From Promethearchaeota archaeon (lineage in GTDB: Archaea > Asgardarchaeota > Lokiarchaeia > Sigyniarchaeales > SOKP01), in contig JAHLWS010000065.1 in assembly GCA_019057795.1 (NCBI GenBank), positions 32,001-96,000 on the forward strand: DNA of 64,000 bases, given 5' to 3'. Position 1 is the stretch's first letter. Each line of letters begins with the position of its first letter. A program made the translations under genes and the position numbers. Shown piece by piece: positions 40,614 through 50,091 of this stretch. The notes under the pieces were generated by a model. It had not been told where the DNA came from and made no database searches. It worked only from the letters and a program-made list of their open reading frames with translations.

Positions 40614-41747
40614 GTGAAAAATTTTGATATTATTGTTATAGGCGCAGGACCAGGAGGTTCTGTTGCAGCTAAAGTAGCCTCTGAAAACGGATATTCGACT
40701 TGTATCATTGAAAAAGAAATGCTTGGTGAGAAAGGAAGATATAAGGCATGTGGAGGAGCTACTGCGTGGGAACTAATAGAAGAAATTGATTACCCAGAAG
40801 AAAAAATTGGTAGGGTAATTGAATCTTTAGAATTGCACCATGTTGATGGAGAAACTTATTCTAAAAAAGGTAAAGGCGCTGTCGTTTGGCGAAGCACTTT
40901 TGATAAGTTTTTAACTGACATGGCTGTCGATAGTGGAGCCTTATTAAAAGAGAAAGAGCTTATGATTAACATTGAAAAAGTTGATGATTTTTACAAAATC
41001 AGTACTAATAAAGATAAATATACTGCAAAATATATAATTGCCGCTGATGGCGTTACTTCACCTACTTTAAAATTGCTAAATTGGCCTTTTTTCAAAAGTG
41101 AAGACTTAATTTTAACTATTACTAAAGAGATGAAAACTACTAAGTCCAATATAGATAAAGTTCTTGGACATGATACAGTTCATTTGTTTTTTGGTATTGA
41201 AAGCCTTATTCGTGTTGGTTATGCTTGGTTGTTTCCAAAAACTGAGAGGATTACAGTAGGATGGGGTAATCAAATTAATTTAGTAAAAAATTCAAGAGAA
41301 GAATTTAAAAAATTTCTAAAGCTCCCACTTGTTAAACTAGCGTTAAACAATTCAACGATGGAAACCTTTAAACCTCATCTAATCCCAGTAGGACTTAGAT
41401 CGAAGCTTTATGAGGAGAATCTGTTTGCTGTGGGTGATTCAGGGGGAATCGTTGATCCTATAAGCGGAAAGGGAATTCCCTATGCCATGATGTCTGGTCA
41501 GTTTGCTATTGAAACTATTAAAATGTGCGAAGAAAAAGATAGAATGGATAGGTTAGGAAGTTATTATGAAAGATCTTTAGATAGAAAGTTTTTAAAAATA
41601 TTAAAGGCAAAACGGATTTTAAGAGACACCATTTTTCAAAGTGATGAAAATTTGAAGAAATTCTTATCGTTGTGGGAAAACCATCGTAGTTCAGAAATTG
41701 CCATGAAAAATTTAATGGATCAAGTGAGTCTATATGAAATTTACTGA
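40614..41747 (+). CDS. Geranylgeranyl reductase-family FAD oxidoreductase
   Basis: GAGPGG, KACGG, ADG, GYAWLFP and GDSGGIVDPISGKGI motifs. Confidence 0.85.
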   Translation: MKNFDIIVIGAGPGGSVAAKVASENGYSTCIIEKEMLGEKGRYKACGGATAWELIEEIDYPEEKIGRVIESLELHHVDGETYSKKGKGAVVWRSTFDKFLTDMAVDSGALLKEKELMINIEKVDDFYKISTNKDKYTAKYIIAADGVTSPTLKLLNWPFFKSEDLILTITKEMKTTKSNIDKVLGHDTVHLFFGIESLIRVGYAWLFPKTERITVGWGNQINLVKNSREEFKKFLKLPLVKLALNNSTMETFKPHLIPVGLRSKLYEENLFAVGDSGGIVDPISGKGIPYAMMSGQFAIETIKMCEEKDRMDRLGSYYERSLDRKFLKILKAKRILRDTIFQSDENLKKFLSLWENHRSSEIAMKNLMDQVSLYEIY

Positions 41748-42801
41748 ATATTTGAGTTTTTATAAACCTAAGATAAACGATGCAATAGCATTAATCTATA
41801 ATAGACAATTAAAAGAAGTAAAAAATTCGTTCTTAAAAGTCTATTATTCAGAATTACGCGACTATTTTTTAACGGGAGGAAAGAGAATCCGTCCTTTGCT
41901 TTGTATCGCTACTTATAACGCTTTTAGTGGAAAACAAAATGACGACATTATCTTTCCAAGCGTTGGTGTCGAATTTCTACATAACGCTACTTTAGTCCAC
42001 GATGACATTATTGATAAGGATAATTTTAGACGAGGAAAACCCGCGTTTCATTATAGATTTAGGCAATTTCACATAGAAAATAGCCTTAAAAAAATATCAG
42101 CTGAAGATTATGGTAATTCGATAGGCATTATTGGGGGAGATTCCGCATTTTTTCTAGGTCTTGAAGCTTTTTTTTTTAACAATTTTGATAATAACTTTAA
42201 TCTCAGAGCAATTCAATATTACGAACATGCTTTTAGAGAAATAGTAAATGGAGTTTTGATTGAAATTGATATGGTAAACAAGAAAAATCTAAAAATGGAA
42301 GATTATATTCATATGGTTTCTCTTAAAACGGGAGCTTTACTAGAAAAATCAATATTAATCGGTGCTAATTACGCTAAAGTGGAAGAAAAATATAAGTCAT
42401 ATTTATCGATTTATGGAAAAAACTTAGGAATTATATTCCAGATAATAGACGATATTTTAGGGACCTTTGGTGACGAAACAACAACGGGAAAACCAATAGA
42501 CGGAGATATTAGAGAATCTAAAAAGACATGTTTATTGATAGAAGCCAATAATATGTTAAAAGGAAACGAAAAAATCAGACTCAATGAATTAATCGAAAGC
42601 ATTAATATGACTCAAGATGAAGTTCAAGAAGTAAGAGAATTGTTTCTTAAAGCAGAAGTCATTAATCATAGTAAAAAGCTAGCAGAGACTTATTATAAAG
42701 AAGCTCAAATTGCCCTTGAAAAATTAAAGCCAGTAATTCACAATTCAGAGTTAGAGTTTTACGAAAACCTATTAAAATTTGTATTAGAAAGAAAATTTTA
42801 A
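41734..42801 (+). CDS. idsA: Polyprenyl (GGPP) synthase
   Basis: GGKRIRP, DDIID...RRG, KTG and FQIIDDILG motifs. Confidence 0.88.
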   Translation: MKFTEYLSFYKPKINDAIALIYNRQLKEVKNSFLKVYYSELRDYFLTGGKRIRPLLCIATYNAFSGKQNDDIIFPSVGVEFLHNATLVHDDIIDKDNFRRGKPAFHYRFRQFHIENSLKKISAEDYGNSIGIIGGDSAFFLGLEAFFFNNFDNNFNLRAIQYYEHAFREIVNGVLIEIDMVNKKNLKMEDYIHMVSLKTGALLEKSILIGANYAKVEEKYKSYLSIYGKNLGIIFQIIDDILGTFGDETTTGKPIDGDIRESKKTCLLIEANNMLKGNEKIRLNELIESINMTQDEVQEVRELFLKAEVINHSKKLAETYYKEAQIALEKLKPVIHNSELEFYENLLKFVLERKF

Positions 42802-42937
42802 GTTTTTAATCTTATTTGAGGTGTTTAAAAATTTTATTTTTTTTTTAAAAAGAGTAACCTCCACTCTTCTATTTGGTCAAGAAGGCGTTCTCTTCTTATT
42901 TTATTAAAGATTTATTTTTAAAATATCGAATCTTATA

Positions 42938-43864
42938 TTGATTATGGGACTATTTACCGCGAAAAACATAATAAGTTTTGTTTCCATGGGCCCATCATTA
43001 TTACAGTCAATTGTAAGAAATGTTCCGTTATATGTAAATTATGATTTAACTTGGCAATGTAACTTAAAATGTAAGCATTGTTATTTTTTCTCATCAACAG
43101 CGAAATTAAAAAATAAAAGAACGGAATTATCGGACGAAGAATGGATTAGGGTTTTTAAATACCATAGAAATTTAGGCACAAAAATAGCTGTTTTAACCGG
43201 TGGAGAACCTACTTTAAGAATGGATGTTATAAAAGAAGCGATTAAAATTTTTCCCTCAGTTCAGGTTGTATCAAATGGAGTTATAAAAATACCTCGATTT
43301 AATGAATATAAACAACCGAAATACTGGGTAAGTATAGATGGTACCAAGGAAACTCATGACAAGATAAGAGGAGCAAGGGTTTTTGATAAAGTCATACAAA
43401 ATATTCGGGAGAACAATCCGGTCGTTGTATCAACCATCATGACATTAAATTATAAGGAAATTGAAGATATTGTTAAGATTGCTCACGATAATGGTGCTTC
43501 TGGATTAGTTTTTCTATTTTATACCGACTATCCTGACAGCCCACTTTTAATAAAAGGTAATATATTAAAAAAGACAATAAAAGACATTTTAAAAGTAATG
43601 CGTGAATACGGAAATTTTATTTGTTATTCCAAAAAAATGTTAGAAGTATACCTGTCAAAAGAATTTGTGCCGCATTGTATATTTAAAACTGGTCAAATAA
43701 AAAGTTTCTATCCTGATGGAAAACAAAAGTTTTGTGTCATGGGAAATTCACCACTTTTATGTGACAATTGTGGATGTATCGTGCCAATTGCTGCTTATGC
43801 CTTATTTAAGAAATTTGATTCCAGTACAGTTAATAAAACGAGAAAATTGTTTAATTTCATGTAA
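42938..43864 (+). CDS. Radical SAM protein with C-terminal Cys cluster
   Basis: CNLKCKHC, TGGEP and C-terminal C..C..CDNCGC. Confidence 0.88.
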   Translation: MIMGLFTAKNIISFVSMGPSLLQSIVRNVPLYVNYDLTWQCNLKCKHCYFFSSTAKLKNKRTELSDEEWIRVFKYHRNLGTKIAVLTGGEPTLRMDVIKEAIKIFPSVQVVSNGVIKIPRFNEYKQPKYWVSIDGTKETHDKIRGARVFDKVIQNIRENNPVVVSTIMTLNYKEIEDIVKIAHDNGASGLVFLFYTDYPDSPLLIKGNILKKTIKDILKVMREYGNFICYSKKMLEVYLSKEFVPHCIFKTGQIKSFYPDGKQKFCVMGNSPLLCDNCGCIVPIAAYALFKKFDSSTVNKTRKLFNFM

Positions 43865-44122
43865 TTTTTGTTATTTTGCAAAATTGATTTTTTCTACGAT
43901 GCCATCTACAGCAATAACATGGAGCCCTATGAGATTTATAGAAATAAAAAGATGGATATTGAGGTTCCGGCGAAGATTTGCAAGAATATCAAAGAGAGAT
44001 ACAAAAACCACTAATTCTGTCGTTCTAAATGAGATAGATTTAATATTTAGTTAACATTTTAGATTCATACTCTTTAATAATAAAAAAATAAATAAATGAA
44101 ATAAAAAAGAATTGAGCTTAGA

Positions 44123-45385
44123 ATGAAAAAAATAACTGGAGTAGATATTTTAGACGAAGAGGTAAAGGAAAAATTGACAACTAAAAATATCTATAAAATT
44201 TTTAATAATTTTATCATGCCCCTCATTACCGAAGAAGAGAGAGATTTTTTGGAAGAATTAGAACTTTTTTTGCTCAAAAATATTGAACCTAATATAGACC
44301 TCAATACTGAAGTATACGAACTTTTTCCTATTCTTGGAAAAAAAAATTATATTCAAAGATTAAATAATTTTGGTGATTGTAAAAGGTGCAATATGCGATA
44401 CGAGATGCTACTAGCTATGGCTACATCGATTGTCGATCCTGAACTAGACTTGGCTAGAGTAGTAACTGGCGTAATATTTGCAAATCCTTTATTCCAATTT
44501 GGTAAAAGCGATCGTATCACTGAAGTTTTACATCAAATCGTAACGGGTAAAAAGATCGGATGTATATGTATAACGGAAAAGTACCAAGGGTCTGATGCAG
44601 TTAACATGAAAACTAAAATTCAGGACAAGGGAGATCATCTAATTATGGATGGGGAAAAACTATACACCACAAATGGACCTAACGCGGACTATTTTATAGT
44701 TTATGGCGTATCAGACACATCAGATCCTCGAGGCACAATGTACCAAGTCATTGTTGAGCGAGATTTTGAAGGTTTAGAAACTAACAGACTCGGTATTCAA
44801 TCCGTTCCCCGGGTAGAAATTGGACAAACAATTTTTAATTCCGTTAAAATTCCCAAAGAAAATGTACTTGGAGCCAAAGGTCAAGGATATAAAAACCTTT
44901 TTTCTGGGCTAGTTGCCGAAAGGTGCGCCATCATAGGTTCTAGCCTTGGTATCGCTTGGCTTACGGCAATTACAGCTCTTATATATACAAACATTAGGTC
45001 TCAATTTAATCGCCTAATATACGACTTTCAAGGTGTTTCCTTTCCCATTACCCAGTTAATTATTGAATTAATGGCCGCTACGGAGTTAGGTTTCACAAGC
45101 GCGACAGAATACGATAAAACTATAAAACGTCAACAATTTGAACAACAGAAATACATTAAGTACAACGCATCGTTTAGTTCAGGAGCAAAATTCCTTGCTT
45201 CGAGCTTGGCTCACAAAATCTCGTATGAAACTCAGCAATTATGCGGAGGAATTGCTTTCACAGATAACCTGCGAATCGATAAAGCCTTAGAGGTTGCAAA
45301 AGTGCAAGAGATTATTGGTGGGGCTAGAAATATACAACTCTATTTAGTGAGTCGAGCAATAAAAGATATGATTTCTTTTTTGTAA
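44123..45385 (+). CDS. Acyl-CoA dehydrogenase family protein
   Basis: CITE..GSD, GEKLYTTNG, R.QF, QLCGG and IIGGA.NIQ motifs. Confidence 0.88.
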   Translation: MKKITGVDILDEEVKEKLTTKNIYKIFNNFIMPLITEEERDFLEELELFLLKNIEPNIDLNTEVYELFPILGKKNYIQRLNNFGDCKRCNMRYEMLLAMATSIVDPELDLARVVTGVIFANPLFQFGKSDRITEVLHQIVTGKKIGCICITEKYQGSDAVNMKTKIQDKGDHLIMDGEKLYTTNGPNADYFIVYGVSDTSDPRGTMYQVIVERDFEGLETNRLGIQSVPRVEIGQTIFNSVKIPKENVLGAKGQGYKNLFSGLVAERCAIIGSSLGIAWLTAITALIYTNIRSQFNRLIYDFQGVSFPITQLIIELMAATELGFTSATEYDKTIKRQQFEQQKYIKYNASFSSGAKFLASSLAHKISYETQQLCGGIAFTDNLRIDKALEVAKVQEIIGGARNIQLYLVSRAIKDMISFL

Positions 45386-45407
45386 TAGCTCTAATGTTCT
45401 TTTAAAA

Positions 45408-46025
45408 TTAATCAGTAACCTCAGATTCACTAAGTTGTTTAATTAATATCGGTATAGCTTCATCAATCGTTTCTTTAACTTTAGCACCTAAACATACTAT
45501 TTTTCCTGAAGAAAAAATTAAAAAAACTACCTTTGGCTCCTGCATTTTGTAAATTGCTGCGGGAAATACTTCAGGTTCGTACATAACATTGTCCATCATA
45601 ATAGTTAACATATTCAAATCAACATTCATATTCAAACTACTAGTTGCTACAATATTTTGAATGATAATTTTTGGATTTTTTATTTTGAATCCAATGTTTT
45701 GTATCTTTTCAATCGCTTGTTGAGCTGCTAAGTTAGCATCTGTGGTTTTTTTAAGACCAGTAATTACCATTTTACCCGAAGAAAAAATTAATAAAGTAGC
45801 ATGTGGATTTTCAAGTCTCATAATAAGCCCTGGAAAACGATCAGGATTATATTCCACATTGGAGGTCCCTTGAATTATTTGATTTAAATCAAGCGCACAT
45901 TCAATTTCGGTAATAACTGTAGCTACAACATTTACAACTTTATATGAGATTTCAAGCTTATCACCGCGATGATTACTCCCCAAATCTCCAATTGTAAGCT
46001 TATCCTCAAGGTTTTCTTCGCTAAT
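45408..46025 (-). CDS. tbp: TATA-box binding protein
   Basis: Two repeats, NVVAT...YNPDRFPGLI...LIFSSGKMVITG and NIVAT...YEPEVFP...IFSSGKIVCLG; start is TTG 45983 or ATT 46025. Confidence 0.93.
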   Translation of the reverse strand: MSEENLEDKLTIGDLGSNHRGDKLEISYKVVNVVATVITEIECALDLNQIIQGTSNVEYNPDRFPGLIMRLENPHATLLIFSSGKMVITGLKKTTDANLAAQQAIEKIQNIGFKIKNPKIIIQNIVATSSLNMNVDLNMLTIMMDNVMYEPEVFPAAIYKMQEPKVVFLIFSSGKIVCLGAKVKETIDEAIPILIKQLSESEVTD

Positions 46026-46256
46026 ATTTTATCTCCTCTATATATTTGTATTAAACTGATGTATTATGACTCAAAAAAAATTTAATAAGATGAATTATAT
46101 TTAAAATAATTAATATTTTATAAATTAAATGAACCATCCCAATTTAACTTTTTCATCATTTTTTTTTTAACATAATTTAGAGAAAAATAGATAATATCTA
46201 AAAATAATTAAAGAATTATATTATAACTCTAATTAATTAAAATAACTTAAACTCCA

Positions 46257-46823
46257 TTGGTGAAAAATTTGGTTTTATTGGTTGCTATTACGGGCGCTAG
46301 TGGTGCTAACCTAGCGATTATCTTGCTACAACAACTGAAGAAAAAAGAAGTTGAAACTGAATTAATAATATCAAAAGTAGCTGAGAAAATCATTGACATT
46401 GAAACTGATTATAAACTAACTGAAATAATTGATTTATCAACAAAGTATTATGATGTTGATGATTTAACGGCAAACCCCGCCAGTGGTTCTTATAAAATTG
46501 ATGCAATGGTAATTATTCCGTGCTCGATGAAATCCTTGGCTTCTATTGCTAATGGTTATGCAGATAACTTAATAACCAGAGCCGCAGATGTAACAATTAA
46601 AGAACGAAGAAAACTCATCTTAGTAGTTCGAGAAACTCCTTTCAGTGCGATTCACCTTGAAAATATGCTTAAATTAGCAAGAATTGGAGTTATAATCGCG
46701 CCTCCAATTCCTTCTTATTATATCAAACCTGAGAGTATTAATCAACTTAACGAATATTTCGTAGGAAGAATACTTGATCATATAGGTATTGAAAGCGGGA
46801 TAAAGAGATGGGGGAGCTATTGA
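46257..46823 (+). CDS. ubiX: Flavin prenyltransferase
   Basis: AITGASG, PASGS, PCSMKSL, RAADV and RETP motifs. Confidence 0.93.
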   Translation: MVKNLVLLVAITGASGANLAIILLQQLKKKEVETELIISKVAEKIIDIETDYKLTEIIDLSTKYYDVDDLTANPASGSYKIDAMVIIPCSMKSLASIANGYADNLITRAADVTIKERRKLILVVRETPFSAIHLENMLKLARIGVIIAPPIPSYYIKPESINQLNEYFVGRILDHIGIESGIKRWGSY

Positions 46824-48721
46824 TTTACCCATTGATATAGTTCTCCAAGCAGAACTCGCTTGTCCTTATTGTCCTTAAGATTTTCTACGTTTGTTATATT
46901 CGTTAACCATAAGGAAGAACGCAACTCGTCTTTCAATGTTTTTATTTCTTTAATTGTGTGAATAGAAGTACTGTTGTTGTAATCTTTCCAAGCGGATAAT
47001 AGAAATTTATAAGCAAATCCTCCGATATCAGCGCCTAATGCGATGCTTTTAGCGATATCTACTCCATTCCTTAGACCACCAGTTGCTATAATCAATTTTT
47101 TAGTAACTTCTCTTACATAAATAATGGTTAGAGGTGTGGGGATACCCCATTCTCTAAAAGAATCTGCGAGTCTTCTCGTATATTTTTCAAAACTAAAATT
47201 ATCTCGGTGAGATTCAATTGCAGCAAAACTAGTACCTCCAGTGCCTCCGACATCAAATCCATCGAAACCTATTGAATCAAGACTCAAAGCTAATTCCTTA
47301 TTGAAGCCAGTTCCCACTTCTTTGGCGATTATTGGAATGTTAATTTCTTTTCGAATTTTTTGAAATTTTTCAAAGAAATTTTTATAAGATATGTTTCCGT
47401 TGCTTTGGACTAATTCGTGTAAAGCATTAAAATGAATGGCCATTACATCTGCTTTTACCATTTCAATACATTCAATAAAGTCTTCTTTTTTAAAAGTGGA
47501 AGAATTGATTTGGCCGATTCCTATATTTCCAATTATTGGAATGTTAGGCGCAACTTCACGAACAATCTCAAAAGACTCAAGGGTAGAGGGATCTTCCAAG
47601 CCTATGCGTTGACTTCCTACGCTCATTATAATGTTTTCTTCTTCTGCAGCTTTAGCTAAAATTCTGTTTATTGCTTTAGAGATTGGATGCCCACCGGTTA
47701 TAGCGGAAATACAAATTGGAGCGGAAATCTTTTTATTAAAAAACATTGTTGCGATGTCAATATCATCTAATTCGACTTCCGGAAGCGAATGATGAATTAA
47801 TTTTATGTCATCAAAATAGTTTTTTACGTGTTGGACATTAGATATGATTGGAATCTTGAGGTGTTCTAACTTTCTCATATAAATCTCTGATAACCTTTTT
47901 TCGTCATGAATTCCACTAATGTTCGTACAGATTAATTTTTGATTGCTTAAGGCCTTAAAGATGTTACCGTCAGTCAGACCGTTTATAACCTGAACTGGAA
48001 TATTTAATCTACAAATTTCTTTAATCGCATGAATTTTTCCTCTAATACTTCCAGTAACATCAATCTTATTTCCTAAATCGGCTAATTTAATTTTATCTAA
48101 CTCTTCAAGACTAATTTCTGAGGCTAATTTTATATTTTTTTTATCATTTTTAATATCTTCAACAAAAATTCCATCTTTGTCAACAGCAAAAATAACTTTA
48201 GAAATACAATATTTTTTCAAGTTTTTACACAATTCTAAAATTATGCGATCTCCAGAAATTATTGAAAAATTGCCTTCTTTATCAAGAATAATATCCCCAT
48301 ATAAAACGGGTAGAATTCCAAGATCAAGCGAAGTTTCAATTGGCTCAATAGATTCAAAAAAAATCTCGTTTAAATGTTTGATAAAAATACTTGAAGGTTG
48401 AATGGAAAGAGCGGGATACTTATTTTCTAAAAACTCTTCAATTATTTGCGAATTGAATTTAATCATCGCTTCGTGCGTTTTAGTTAGCCCAAATATCTGA
48501 TTCTTAATAGAAATATTGAGTCCTTGAGAAATGTTATATTTTTTAGCAATCGGGTGTCCAAAGGAACCTCCTCCATGGATTAAGATTAACTTTTTATTAG
48601 CATCTATTATTTGTTGAATTGCGCTTTTTACAACTTCTTTTCTGATAGAAAAAGGAATATTTTTATCAGTTAATAAACTTCCACCCAATTTTAACAGAAA
48701 TATTTCGTTACTATTTTTCAA
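46817..48721 (-). CDS. Fused isopentenyl phosphate kinase + type 2 IPP isomerase
   Basis: N-half KLGGSLLTDK, HGGGSFGH, SGD, DVTGS; C-half RKLEH, SAITGG, GSQR, KEVGTG, GGTSFAAIE, TGGLRNG. Confidence 0.9.
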   Translation of the reverse strand: MKNSNEIFLLKLGGSLLTDKNIPFSIRKEVVKSAIQQIIDANKKLILIHGGGSFGHPIAKKYNISQGLNISIKNQIFGLTKTHEAMIKFNSQIIEEFLENKYPALSIQPSSIFIKHLNEIFFESIEPIETSLDLGILPVLYGDIILDKEGNFSIISGDRIILELCKNLKKYCISKVIFAVDKDGIFVEDIKNDKKNIKLASEISLEELDKIKLADLGNKIDVTGSIRGKIHAIKEICRLNIPVQVINGLTDGNIFKALSNQKLICTNISGIHDEKRLSEIYMRKLEHLKIPIISNVQHVKNYFDDIKLIHHSLPEVELDDIDIATMFFNKKISAPICISAITGGHPISKAINRILAKAAEEENIIMSVGSQRIGLEDPSTLESFEIVREVAPNIPIIGNIGIGQINSSTFKKEDFIECIEMVKADVMAIHFNALHELVQSNGNISYKNFFEKFQKIRKEINIPIIAKEVGTGFNKELALSLDSIGFDGFDVGGTGGTSFAAIESHRDNFSFEKYTRRLADSFREWGIPTPLTIIYVREVTKKLIIATGGLRNGVDIAKSIALGADIGGFAYKFLLSAWKDYNNSTSIHTIKEIKTLKDELRSSLWLTNITNVENLKDNKDKRVLLGELYQWVNQ

Positions 48722-48734
48722 TTTTAATTAACAC

Positions 48735-49701
48735 TCATCCTATCATTGTTCTCCAGGCGTCATAGCCTTCTTTTTCGATAGCCTTGGCGATAGATTCTTG
48801 TATTTCTTCATTTTCTGCTAAAGCGATTACTAAACCACCCCGACCCGTCCCCGTCATTTTAGCTCCAACCGCTCCATTTTTTAGTGCTATTTCTACCAAT
48901 TTATCGTTTATTTCTCCTGAAACTGTGATTCTTTGAAGTAATTTGTGGTTTTGATTCATTAATTTGCCTATAGTGGTAATATCACCTTCAAGCAATGCTT
49001 TTTTTGCTTTTTCTGATAAATCCTTATATTCGTTTAGTATCTTCTCAAATTCTTCTGAATTAGTTTCCTTTAAACGCCGAACATCAGCAACTACTTCCGT
49101 TGTTGAAGCTGTTATTCCTGAATTTGCGATTGTCAAGAGCATCTTTCTTGGCGATTGAAGGAAGTCCATCGTATTTTTTCCACCACTTAAATTTTTCACA
49201 AACCAAATCAAACCACCATAAGTCGAAGCCGTGTTATCAATACCAGAAGGGGTTCCGTGATAAGCCTTCTCTCCTTCGTAAGCGGCTTCGTTTATCTTTT
49301 CATCGTCTAACTTTAGATTAAAGCTATCGTTGATTGCACGAGCGAGAGAAGTACATTGAGCGGCAGAAGCACCAACTCCACTCGTAGCGATTAAATCTCC
49401 TGTGAAAGTGATTTCAAGTTTTTGACTCTCTGTATCTATTTTTAAATAATGGACTACATTGCGAATAGATTGCATTGCCTCATCGTATTTCTTTTTTTTA
49501 TAACCCGGTGTAGCGGGTCTCTGATCGTCGACAGTCCAGTTTTGTCCATTAACAACTTTAACATCTGCGGTTGTATAGGAACCTAATGCCGAAGCAATAG
49601 CGGGAAGACCATAAACTACAAAATGATTGCGTCTACTTCCGAAGTTGGAAGTAAATTTCGCCAAAAAGAATGGTCTTACCATATCCTTTTCCAGTTCCCG
49701 T
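48735..49701 (-). CDS. mvk: Mevalonate kinase; join(complement(49657..49701),complement(48735..49625))
   Basis: Spliced N-terminus (M)GTGKGYGKTILFGE|HFVVYGLPAIA; GVGASAA, HGTPSGIDN and KMTGTGRGG motifs; probable ACG start after GGAGGTG. Confidence 0.88.
49626..49656 (-). other. Putative 31-nt BHB-like mRNA intron
   Basis: GGCG-AA^A-UUUACUUCC-AACUUC-GGAAGUAGA-CGCA-AU^C: 9-bp stem with one G-U pair, 3 of 4 central pairs; frameshifts the gene unless removed. Confidence 0.8.
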
Positions 49702-50091
49702 TTATTTCACCTCCACAGTACCTTTTGAACCATTTACAATTATTTTTTGTCCAGTTTTAATACAATTAATATCAATTTTATCTACGCATGGAATTTCACT
49801 AATTATGCAACCCACCGCTATTATAGTATCGATCTCTTCGTTTACGATTGCTACTGGAGCCATGTTGTTTTTTTTCATCCGGTACATCGTATACGACCCT
49901 ACAGTCGAGCCTTTACCAGTAGGAAAGACTAGAACTTTTCCTGTAATGGATTGTCCCTCAAGATCGTGCCCAACCTCAACAACCATACCGGTGTCCGGAT
50001 CTATGCCACCATAAAATGAAATCCCATCTTTAGTTACTATCGCTTCTGCCTCAGCAATTCCTTTATAGATTTTTCTTCCTTTTAGCTTCAT
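49702..50091 (-). CDS. Phosphomevalonate dehydratase small subunit (AcnX swivel domain, DUF126)
   Basis: ISFYGGIDP and GKGSTVGS motifs; MVA cluster context. Confidence 0.88.
   Translation of the reverse strand: MKLKGRKIYKGIAEAEAIVTKDGISFYGGIDPDTGMVVEVGHDLEGQSITGKVLVFPTGKGSTVGSYTMYRMKKNNMAPVAIVNEEIDTIIAVGCIISEIPCVDKIDINCIKTGQKIIVNGSKGTVEVK

Noticed and set aside
43716-44054. 112-aa ORF overlapping the radical SAM 3' end
   Set aside because: It overlaps a real gene out of frame and has no recognisable motif; at most a decayed fragment.
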